Position numbers and translations under genes: made by a program. Below are positions 1-10,546 of a stretch of DNA of 34,451 bases, piece by piece. Origin of the DNA: Octopus bimaculoides (Eukaryota); assembly GCF_001194135.2 (NCBI RefSeq), contig NC_068981.1, positions 22,165,386-22,199,836 of the forward strand. The letters are read 5' to 3'. The first letter of the stretch is position 1. Each line of letters begins with the position of its first letter. A model generated the notes under the pieces. It was not told where the DNA came from. It ran no database searches and worked only from the letters and a program-made list of their open reading frames with translations.

Positions 1-737
1 TATATATATATATATATATCACTTTGAGTAAGTCTCTTCTACTATAGCTCTGACCTAACCAAAGCCTTGTGAGTGGATTTGGTAGACAGAAATTGAGAGC
101 AGTGCACTGTTTGAGTGTGTGTTTTAATGTCCATTTTCCATGCTGGGGCATGAGTTGGACAGTTTGACAGGAGCTGGCAAGGCCAGGAGCCACACTAGGT
201 ACCATTGTTTTGGCATGGCTTCTACAGCTGGATGCCCTTCCTAATGCCAACCACTTTACAGAGTGTACTAGGTGCTTTTTATGTGGCACCAGTACACACA
301 CACACTTACGTATATGTATATATGAATATATGTGTGTGTGTGCGTGCGTGTATGTTTTTGTTTTGATGTCACATGATAGTTGTAAGTGAGTGTCAATGTC
401 ATATAGGCAGTGCCATTCATTCATTCCCACAATTCTACAAAAACATGGGGAAATATGACCTTGCTTGGAAATAAGTAAGGGATGGCAACAAAGAGAATCC
501 ATAAAAATTTACATTAGTAAATCTGTCCAACCCTTGCTAGTAAAAGAAAGCGTACATTAAAATCATGACAGTGATACTGCTGAAGATGATGATGGTTAAT
601 TACTCATGGATACCATCAACATAAAAATCAACAGTTAAGTTATAAAAATACTTAATGAAATGAGCACCAAAAATATAATTAGAAACAACTTATGTGATGA
701 GGGAAAGATATCATTAGTTAAGTGTAAAAAAAAATAA

Positions 738-978
738 TAAATGCGCCCTTTTAAAGCCTATCCAGGCTCATGGGCCCGGTTTCCCGGTATGTGTTTCCCA
801 GCTGGACGGGACGCCAGTCCATTGCAGCGTTACTCATTTGTGCCAGCTGAGTGGACGGGAGCAACCTGAAATGAAGTGTTTTGCTCAAGAACACAATGCA
901 TCGCCTGGTCCAGGAATCGAAACCACAATGTTACGATCATGGTGCTGACACCCTAACCACTAAGCCACGTGCCTCCAC
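738..978 (-). mobile_element. tRNA-derived SINE, family C (CORE-like central domain)
   Basis: Minus strand reads GTGGAGGCACGTGGCTTAGTGG (A box), GGTTTCGATTCC (B box), then CTTGAGCAAAACACTT...GTCCACTCAGCTGG, and ends in a (TAT)n tail. Degenerate relatives lie near 5400-5520, 17300-17450 and 21640-21820. Confidence 0.75.
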
Positions 979-3085
979 TTAGCTAAGTGTAAATGACCAA
1001 TATTATTTTAATAAGCCTATGCTTCACTGAGGGCAAATAAATGCAAGAAGTTATCTCTCATCTCTGCTAATATTTTTTTTTCTGTTCACTTCATTAGTAT
1101 GTTAACACTATCTTAATTATTACTTCTTAATGTTAAGTTATTATTAACATAATTTATGCAGCAAACATCAAAAAGCCAACTAGTTCTAGTTTAGAGAAAT
1201 CTTTTAAATTTCATATAGATATAATAAGGAAAGAAATAATCAAGATCAGTGGGTGCATAAGTAGTAGAGTGCTGGTCCAAACATCATACAGCATACAATT
1301 TCATCCCTTTACATTTTGAGTTCAAATCCCGCTGAGATTGATTAGCCTTTCATTCTTTCATAACCAAATCTGTGTCAGGCATATTTTGGAGTTAAATTAA
1401 TTAATCATGCCCTAGCATGGAAAGGAAATAAACTGACATTTACTACAACTAATGCAGTGAAGCTTTAAATCTTTGAATGCTCACTTTGCAACCATGAGGT
1501 TGAGGATTCAGTGTGTGTGTGTGTGTGTGTGTACGTGCCACCTACAACTTGACGACCAGTGATGGTTTGCAACTTAGCAGTTCAGCAAAAGATATCAACA
1601 GAATAAGTACTTGGGTTGCTCTGTTTGACTAAAACCTTTTAAGATGTTGCCCTAACAGAGCTGCAATCCCATGACTGAAACAAGTAAAAGATATATGCAG
1701 AATATGAGACAATAACTTAGCAAGAGCTATCACTGAAGAACACCACCAGCAAAAAGAAAGCATTAGTGATGTCGGTGTTGTTATAATACTCACTGTATTA
1801 AGTATGATAACTTAGCTACTGATTTTCATGCAGATGGCATACCTAAATACTCTTTCTCAAAAATAAACTAATGTTCATAGCCACACATGTACAGTATTGT
1901 ATATCTACTTAGGGTTCTCTCATCATTACTTCAGAATGTATGGTAACATTTGTTTCACTGAAGAGGACTAATAAAATTGAAACATAACCAGAGTTGTCTC
2001 CCATATTTATTGTAATAATTATAATTAGCAAGACCAGGAAATATTTCACAGAATTAATGGTAAACCTATTGGGTTATTTCTGAAAACTTTATCCAAAACC
2101 CTGAAAACATAACCTGTATTGTGTCTGTATAGAAAGATAGTAACTCATTTGCTACTCATTAAAATGTGAACGAAATTGGAATACGATGATTACTTAATAC
2201 ACTTTACATACTTTATGCACAATTTTATAGACTCAATACACAACACTCATAAAATATTTGCTCTAATTTTTCCATTTTCCCCATTAACAAAAAAAAATAT
2301 CCCATACATATGATACAACTTTTAGTTAAATTGCATATGTCTGCCATGTAAATAAGCATGAATATTTCACAGAATTGCACTTATGCACATGCGTTAAGTG
2401 ATAGATGATATATAACACTCAGTTCAATTTTAAAAAAAAATACACTTTCCACTATCCAATCACCACCACCACCACCATCATCATCTCTCTCTGTGTGCCT
2501 TTTTTTAACCTCACCATCAGAACATCACCCCTCTGCTAAAATTATATTTTTAACTCTCTTTCTCTACCTTCAACTAACTTTTATAACCACGAAATAAATA
2601 CTACGTTCCCCCTACTTCATGTCATGGACACTTCTCTCTCCCTCTTCACCTTATCCTCTTTTTGTCTCTCCTTTTTCTTTCTCCTCTCTTTCCCTTCAGC
2701 TAATCGCATGAAAGTGCTACAATTACATTCCCTCTACCTTACATCATGAATGCTTCTCTCTTCCTCTTTTTCTCTAATCATGTGAAAGCGTTACCAATGG
2801 GTTAAGTAACACAATGACAAGCAGAACTGTTATAAGATAATATTAGTCATTGACTAATACTGTCATTTCCTTCCTGCATTAAAGCTGATAGCAAAAACCT
2901 CACATACATAATACAAGGTTACTAATTATTGACAAAACACATTTTAACAGAAGTGAAACCACAACTTTGCTGGTTGAAAAGTGCTGCTAGTTGATGATGG
3001 GCACTATAGGGCTTTCCTATAAGGTGTTATCCACCCCTGATTGGAACTCTCCCGTATGACATGTACGCATGCTCAGTGACTTGCT

Positions 3086-3617
3086 TTAACAGTTGCAATC
3101 AGCTGAATGCACATTGCCAGTGACATTTGACATAATTACCCACACTCTGTGGTCAGGATTCTTTTTTTGGTTTGATGTCGGTATCGAAGGGATTACCAGA
3201 CACCGGACAATACAGTGAGAGCAGCTTTCACTCACATCGTGGTATTCGATGCTGTGTACGTGTCTGTCGTGGTAAAATATGCCACTCCTTAACNNNNNNN
3301 NNNNNNNNNNNNNNNNNNNNNNNNNNNNNNNNNNNNNNNNNNNNNNNNNNNNNNNNNNNNNNNNNNNNNNNNNNNNNNNNNNNNNNNNNNNNNNNNNNNN
3401 NNNNNNNNNNNNNNNNNNNNNNNNNNNNNNNNNNNNNNNNNNNNNNNNNNNNNNNNNNNNNNNNNNNNNNNNNNNNNNNNNNNNNNNNNNNNNNNNNNNN
3501 NNNNNNNNNNNNNNNNNNNNNNNNNNNNNCATACTGTCCATATAATCTTAAATATTTCTTTAACTCAGGCACAGTAAGTACTTCGATAGCTGAATCATCA
3601 AGCTGCTTTATATCCAT
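3086..3617 (-). CDS. Transposon-borne ORF: N-terminal SAP-like motif plus truncated SWIM-type Zn finger, interrupted by an assembly gap
   Basis: MDIKQLDDSAIEVLTVPELKKYLRLYGQY resembles the SAP consensus (LTVxELKxxLrxxGL). After the gap, ...HRVWVIMSNVTGNVHSADCNC* resembles the pre-SWIM beta strands plus CxC, and the CxH half is missing. The two halves fall in different computed frames only because the gap length is an estimate. Confidence 0.65.
3294..3529. other. Assembly gap (further gaps at 5629-6523 and 11122-11385)
   Basis: Runs of N. All three gaps lie in or abut repeats (TIR element, SINE A head, SINE B head). Confidence 1.
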
Positions 3618-4759
3618 GATAAGATGTAAAACAATAACAATGGCGTGGGTTAGCCTCTGGAAGTTTAATTATCTACATGGAGCGCCGCCTAGCCAAGGGA
3701 GATAACCTACTTATAGGAAAGCCCTATAGACAATAGATATAAAATACAGAAAACTTGGGAAGAAGCAGTTAAACTAGATCTCAGATTGCTGGGCTTCAGA
3801 GATGTAGAAATGCAGAAGTGAAATGCTCCAAGCAGACATTAAAACAGATGATGATGATAACAATGACAATGACAGTGATGAAAACAGAGCTGATAGCAAA
3901 TTAGATACTAATAGTAGTGTTATGGAAAAATACAACAAAAATGTGTGATTAATGGAGAAAACAATTTCTGGGTTGTACATCTTTTTGTCTTATGTTAGAT
4001 TTAATTTTAAATATCAATTTTCACTCAATGGTTTCTAAAACTCTTGATACATTAGGAAAATTGGCTTCCTAATATTAAGCTTAAAGCTTCAAGAGGACAC
4101 ATACAAGCAAATTTCTTATCTTTTTTTTTATGTAAATTAACGAATAATCAACAAATTAACAAATAACCATCAATATTCCAGCATTTCTATTCATCATGTA
4201 ACAGAAAATTATAGCAAAGCTGTTACCAAAAAGGAAATAGAAATGTTATGATAACATCAGCATATTAATTAGTTCTCAGATGTCTATTGTCATAACAAGA
4301 AAACCATGGGATGTATAAGTAGATTAACTTATAAAATCTCTTAAGAGAACTGTTTCAAATATGTATGTATGGATGTATGTATGGATATAAATATATATAT
4401 ATATATATATATAATTACTTTTCACAAATGAATCCTGATGAAGCAATTATAGATAACGATCCAGTTTCAAGGTCACAGACAGATAAAGAATATTTTGTTA
4501 ACACAATTTATTTCCTTCAACAGTGATACTGGAATGAAACAACTTGCAATAAACATGACTGAACTAAGAGTTTCACTTCTTTTTCTCTACTTAACATGTA
4601 ATAAATTATAATCTGACTGTCTTTTTTTGCTTTTTCTTACTGAATGGATAACTAAAACTGCCAACTGTTTCCTTTATAGTCTTGGTAACAATATGGTTAC
4701 AGTAAAACAAAATCTGCTGACACTCGTTGATGCTGCATCGAAGAGGCCAGGGAATAGAA

Positions 4760-5176
4760 GAAAGAAGACATGCACCCAACACCAGAGCTGAAGACACCTC
4801 CGAAAGGGGGGGCCCCGCCACGTCAAAACGGTAGAGGAGTAGGGGCCGAAACCGGACGTGGTTCCTCCTGATGATGTCTTCAGCTAACTGGATCCTAATC
4901 CACCAAGGGAAGGTATGTCAGAAAAAAGTAATTCAACAACGCGGGTTGATGAACCGTAAAACGTGTGGCCAGAACCTCCTGGAAAATAACCATAGCGAGG
5001 GACATTCCACAGTTGAATTAGAACAGTCACAAACAGTGAAAGAAGACATGCACCCAGCACCAGAGCTGAAGACACCTCCGAAAGGGTGTGGCCCTGCTAC
5101 GTCAAAACGGTAGAGGAGTAGGGGCCGAAACCGGACGTGGTTCCTCCTGATGATGTCTTGAGCTAACTGGATCCTA
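4760..5176. repeat. Two ~138-bp GC-rich direct repeats (4760-4897 and 5038-5176) separated by a 140-bp spacer; possibly Penelope-like pseudo-LTR
   Basis: Direct alignment by eye shows about 6 differences including one indel. The Penelope assignment is only an inference from the tandem partial-repeat layout and the CTGANGA/GAAAC motifs. Confidence 0.75.
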
Positions 5177-5560
5177 TAAAGGAGCTGTTGTGGTAGCAGA
5201 CCACGAAACATGGTTGAAATTCCTCCTTCTTCTTCCTTCTGTTCATTGCAACACTACAAGCACTCAATTGATTATGACGATGAGGGTTCGATTTTAACCA
5301 ATCAATGGAACAGCCAGCTTGTGAAAGTAATTTTCAAGTAGCTGAGCACTCCACAGACATGTATCCTTAACATAATTCCCAGGGAGATTTGGCCTGACAG
5401 AAAATGTGACAAGACCGGCTCTTTGAAATACAGGTACAACACATTTTTTACCAGCTGAGTGAACTCATGACATTCTGATCATGAGATGAATACCCTGACC
5501 ACTAAACCACGTCTTCACTCGTCATTGTCGTCGTTGTCATTATTATTATTATTTAACATA

Positions 5561-5628
5561 GGCGTAAGAGTGGCTGTGTGGTAAGTAGCTTGCTTACCAA
5601 CCACATGGTTCCGGGTTCAGTCCCACTG
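5561..5628 (+). mobile_element. SINE family A, 5' head running into an assembly gap
   Basis: Matches the head of the copy at 12745 (AGTGGCTGTGTGGTAAGTAGCTTGC...GGGTTCAGTCCCACTG). Confidence 0.85.
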
Positions 5629-6745
5629 NNNNNNNNNNNNNNNNNNNNNNNNNNNNNNNNNNNNNNNNNNNNNNNNNNNNNNNNNNNNNNNNNNNNNNNN
5701 NNNNNNNNNNNNNNNNNNNNNNNNNNNNNNNNNNNNNNNNNNNNNNNNNNNNNNNNNNNNNNNNNNNNNNNNNNNNNNNNNNNNNNNNNNNNNNNNNNNN
5801 NNNNNNNNNNNNNNNNNNNNNNNNNNNNNNNNNNNNNNNNNNNNNNNNNNNNNNNNNNNNNNNNNNNNNNNNNNNNNNNNNNNNNNNNNNNNNNNNNNNN
5901 NNNNNNNNNNNNNNNNNNNNNNNNNNNNNNNNNNNNNNNNNNNNNNNNNNNNNNNNNNNNNNNNNNNNNNNNNNNNNNNNNNNNNNNNNNNNNNNNNNNN
6001 NNNNNNNNNNNNNNNNNNNNNNNNNNNNNNNNNNNNNNNNNNNNNNNNNNNNNNNNNNNNNNNNNNNNNNNNNNNNNNNNNNNNNNNNNNNNNNNNNNNN
6101 NNNNNNNNNNNNNNNNNNNNNNNNNNNNNNNNNNNNNNNNNNNNNNNNNNNNNNNNNNNNNNNNNNNNNNNNNNNNNNNNNNNNNNNNNNNNNNNNNNNN
6201 NNNNNNNNNNNNNNNNNNNNNNNNNNNNNNNNNNNNNNNNNNNNNNNNNNNNNNNNNNNNNNNNNNNNNNNNNNNNNNNNNNNNNNNNNNNNNNNNNNNN
6301 NNNNNNNNNNNNNNNNNNNNNNNNNNNNNNNNNNNNNNNNNNNNNNNNNNNNNNNNNNNNNNNNNNNNNNNNNNNNNNNNNNNNNNNNNNNNNNNNNNNN
6401 NNNNNNNNNNNNNNNNNNNNNNNNNNNNNNNNNNNNNNNNNNNNNNNNNNNNNNNNNNNNNNNNNNNNNNNNNNNNNNNNNNNNNNNNNNNNNNNNNNNN
6501 NNNNNNNNNNNNNNNNNNNNNNNAATATTATCTCAGTTTTAAAAAAACCTTTGATAATGTAAATAAATATGTTAATAGTTACCAGAGGTAGCAAAATTAC
6601 ACTAGAAACCAAGATATCACAGCCGTTTTACAGGTAGAGATACCAAGTTAAAGTGATACATTTTGAGAAGATATGAATAATAATAATAAATGGAGCAAAA
6701 CACATATAAGGAACTTTTATTTATATGCGTTTTGCTCCATTTATT

Positions 6746-6855
6746 CATCATCATCATCATCATCATCGTTTAACGTCCGCTTTCCATGCTAGCATGGGTT
6801 GGACGATTTGACTGAGGACTGGTGAAACCGGATGGCAACACCAGGCTCCAATCTA
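6746..6855 (-). mobile_element. 5'-truncated RTE-type LINE 3' end with (GAT)n tail (young subfamily)
   Basis: (CAT)n followed by GTTTAACGTCCGCTTTCCATGCTAGCATGGGTTGGACG. 92 bp are identical to 18027-18118. Confidence 0.75.
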
Positions 6856-7341
6856 ATTGGAGCCTCATCATCATCATTTAAAATCTATATAAGATTTATC
6901 AAGTAGCCAGCATGGAAAACTAAGTGAGGAAAAAATTAATACAAAATATATAAATTTTTTCTGAAATATAAAATACATTAGTGTATCAAGGGCTATTACT
7001 ATAAGTAATGCCTCACGCTGTAATGGGACTCTAAAGTCAAACTACTTCAATAAATATACACAGGCACCAAAATCAAGGGAATGAACATAGAAGAGGTTCC
7101 TTTATTAAAAGGTTTAGCCGTATATGGTTAATGATTTCATGGCCAGCATGTATAATATGCTCTACAATCATCTGTACAACATAACCAGAAAATATAAACA
7201 TCTCTACATACCAAGCAAACAACAACACATCCAGCAGAGCATATACAAATGTTCACACTTATATATCCAAGAAAGGGAGCTTCTCATGTTCATCTCAGCC
7301 CAAAGCAAATAAGAAATGTGTGTGCGTGTGTGTGTTTTATG

Positions 7342-7546
7342 TACTCTTTTACTTGTTTCAGTCATTTGACTGTGGCCATGCTGGAGCACTGCCTTTAGTC
7401 GAGCAAATCGACCCCAAGACATATTCTTTGTAAGCCTGGTACTTATTCTATCAATTCCTTTTGCCAAACTGCAAAGTTACGGGGACGTAAACACACCAGC
7501 ATCGGTTGTCAAGCGATGTTGGGGGGACAAACACAGACACACAAAC

Positions 7547-7597
<51 letters not shown>

Positions 7598-7774
7598 CAT
7601 ATACATATATACAACAGGCTTCTTTCAGTTTCTATCTACCAAATCCACTCACAAGGCTCTGGTCAGCCTGAGGCTATAGTAGAAGACACTTTCCCAAGGT
7701 GCCACACAGTGGGACTGAACCCGGAACCATGTGGTTGGTAAGGCAGCTACTTACCACACAGCCACTCCTACGCC
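7342..7774 (-). mobile_element. SINE family A, full-length copy with internal (TA/CA)n
   Basis: Reverse complement of the 12745-13214 copy: A/B boxes, CTTGGGCAAGTGTCTTCTACTATAG core, internal microsatellite, and TGACTGAAACAAGTAAAAGAG end. Confidence 0.9.
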
Positions 7775-7934
7775 TATATCAAAACAAAAATTAGAAAATT
7801 TATAAAATGTGGAATCTTCATAGGTCTTGCAAGTCAATATAATTCTAAATCTATATTAACCTTTTATAAGTTATCATCAGGGAGAAAAGAAAGGAAACGG
7901 AACATAAAAACATTGACTGTAGTTGGCTTCAAAT

Positions 7935-8117
7935 TTTGGCACAAGGACAGCAATTTTAGGGGAGAAGCTAAGCTGATTCCATCGATGTCAGTGTTTAACT
8001 GATACTTACTTTATTGATCCTGAAAGGATGAAAGGCAAAGTCAATCTCAGCAGAATTTGAACTGAGAATGTAAAGACAGACAACAGCATGCTAATGATTC
8101 TGCCAACTCGTTGCCTT
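7935..8117 (-). mobile_element. SINE family D (MetaSINE-like central domain)
   Basis: Contains TACTT...TTGATCCTGAAAGGATGAAAGGCAAAGTCAATCTCAGCAGAATTTGAACT, shared with 25500-25693. The MetaSINE label is from memory of that domain. Confidence 0.65.
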
Positions 8118-10495
8118 AACACTGACTATTATTATAACAAATCAACACATTTGTCTATTTAGGGATTTCAAATAAAGTTATATTTTACATATGGAATTTT
8201 GTTTCTTTAACAATCACACAATATTTAAAATACTCAACCTAACATAAAATAGAAAGCAAATAACATACCACAGTTACGTTTTTTTTTTTTAAATATGCTA
8301 CATTTTCTTTATGAATGAATTTACAAACTGCACTGTAAATATTTGCTTTACATTTTCTTTGTTCTTTTTTGTTTTACTGGTATTTTACAAATCAAAAACC
8401 AAAAACTGGCAACTTATTTTGATATTATACATTTTTATGTTTATACTGACAATAGATATTTCCTTAACTTTAGTATAATGATAAAAAATTCCAGAGGTTT
8501 AGTAAAAGTGAAGAGAATTGTTTCCCTATACTACAAACAAGGTTTTCAGACCTATGAGGGAGGCTGAAATAGTTGTCAACCCACAAGTAATAACAGCCAA
8601 ATCTCCCTCAAAGCATATTTGAGGGAGATGCCTTAAAAAGGAAGGATACACTGGCCAATGTAGTCAGAAGTACATTTTGCTCGTAAAGACAGGGTGGTCA
8701 TGACTGGAAAATTTTAAAACAAAACACTACCAGTGCACCTATGAACATAGCAATTCTCAACCAGTTAGAAATTGCAGCCAAATATCTCCCTCAAATGACA
8801 CCCAACTGTTATGAAAAATTAATAACATTGGACAATGTTGTCCTACATACATTATGGCTGAAGAAAAAGACAGATTGTCATAGCAAGAATACCTCTTATT
8901 ATAGATCTCGCTTAATGACAGCTGATCAGAAGTTAACAATAGCATAAGGTTTCTATTATAAAAAAATAAGTTATGTATTATAGGTTGTTGCATGTGTGAT
9001 GTTAATGTATTTGGAATACTGAGAACAATAGATTTGAGAAAGTGGCTGGTGTCAAAAGCATTGATTGTTGTACATAGCAGAGTTGTAAAAGCGAATTAGT
9101 ATAAAAGGCATTGGTTGATATGGACAAGAAAGTTATGGATGAAGCTGGGAACTGAAAGTCTTAAGTAATGTATATATAAAAGTTGAAAACACGGTTGGAC
9201 ACTAAAAGTACTGAGTAGTGTAGAAATAGGACAATCAAGAAAGTAGTTGAGTACCAAAAACATTGGGTACATAAGAAAGTTTTGAAAGTGTTTTGGCACG
9301 AAAGGCTGATGTAGATAAATAAGATGACTACTTTGGGATGAATGTCTTACATAAATGGAGGATGTATGTTAAGAGAAGTTTTCTTATCAGTAGTTTATAG
9401 CAGAAGGTACTCATGGGAAAATTGAGAGTAGGCTAGAGGGGTTCTAAGAAAAGTAGCCATTAGGGATGAAATGCTGCCAGATTAACATGTATAAAAAAAA
9501 CTTGTGTAATGCAAACCCATTCAATTCTTACCAGCATGGGATAGTAGATGGTAAACACATCAACAAGGTCATTCAACTAGCTAGAAATAACAGCAAAGTT
9601 TACCTGAAGTCACACTAGCATTTTAGAAATAAAATGAAGGTAATATTACACTAGGTAATCCTCGGTACAATTATGGCTGAAAAATGACAATATAGTTATG
9701 TTTGAAAGGCTTTTTTTTTTACATACAGATCTGTCTGACAAAGGCTGCCCTGGGGCTAAACTACAACAGCCAAGACAAGAAATGTAAAAATTTAATACAA
9801 TAAAGATAATCCAAAATTTAAAGAAAAAGCCACATATTTCACCATTTAATCTAGTTTTAGATATATCAGAATTTTTTTTTATGGAAAAGGTTTCAGTTTC
9901 ACTAAAGTTAAGGATAGCTGTTTAATAAGAAGGGGTTAAGGCAAAAAATGTACTTTTATTCTATAAATCTCAGTGAAGGACAAAATAAAAGAATTTATCA
10001 GGACTCTATGTGCTGTTTCACTGCTCACTATGTAAATTTCAGCCCAAATTCAGCAACAGGAAAAAAAATAAAAAATAAATAAATGGGTAAAAATTTTTTA
10101 AAAAATGATAAACAGTTATTTAATCTTCCTGGAACTGTCAAGTTGACATCATGTACAACTTTGGCTACAAGCAAATAGTTTTGGCTCTGTGACCTTTTCA
10201 CTGTAGTTAAAATGGAAGTCAGCAGCCTGGGAAGTGCAAAACAAGAGGGCAAATGAAATACTAATTGATAGCAAAATGTGAAAACACCTGAAAGTTACAA
10301 TTAGACAGGAGATATCAGATGTCAAAATCTAAAGAGAATTTGAAATCGCAAACAATAATCTACGCTACTTGATACTTTACAAACACAAAGTATACAATTG
10401 TAGTTTGTTTGTTGAAGCCATTAAACAGTAAAAACTATTTAAATACCTTCAAGCTAATAATCCTTTTCAGTCTGGTTATGTATTCAAACAAGTGT

Positions 10496-10506
10496 AAAAA
10501 AAAAAA

Positions 10507-10544
<38 letters not shown>
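10496..10544. repeat. Poly(A)/poly(T) tract (49 bp, one interruption)
   Basis: Seen directly in the sequence. Confidence 0.95.

Positions 10545-10546
<2 letters not shown>

Larger units (their letters stand above)
3009..3724 (-). mobile_element. Non-autonomous TIR DNA transposon (Kolobok-like) with 15-bp perfect TIRs and TATA target duplication
   Basis: GGGCTTTCCTATAAG (3009-3023) is the exact reverse complement of CTTATAGGAAAGCCC (3710-3724), with an imperfect extension through GATAAC. TATA flanks both ends (3005-3008 and 3725-3728). An N gap lies inside. Confidence 0.8.
2970..3830 (+). mobile_element. Old RTE-clade LINE ORF2 C-terminal remnant, split by the TIR element
   Basis: Removing 3009-3728 gives LVEKCC*LMMGTIDNRYKIQKTWEEAVKLDLRLLGF, which resembles the RTE C-terminal CVKKC...GRGRPRKTWDEVVKHDL motif. 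Confidence 0.55.

Noticed and set aside
1844-1958. Minus-strand segments with good acceptor and donor pairs (also ~12637-12689)
   Set aside because: Stops in all three frames; not coding exons.
4806-4865. HDV-like ribozyme fold in the duplicated unit
   Set aside because: The crossing helices exist, but P3/L3, P1.1, P4 and the J4/2 catalytic C cannot be placed on either strand.
5578-6612. Long ORFs of 337 aa and 331 aa, and ORFs at 11056-11518
   Set aside because: Artefacts of N runs; the flanking residues are SINE sequence.
10470-10544. Poly(A) as a retrocopy or mRNA 3' end
   Set aside because: No canonical AATAAA at the right distance, no TSD, and no recognisable upstream processed gene.
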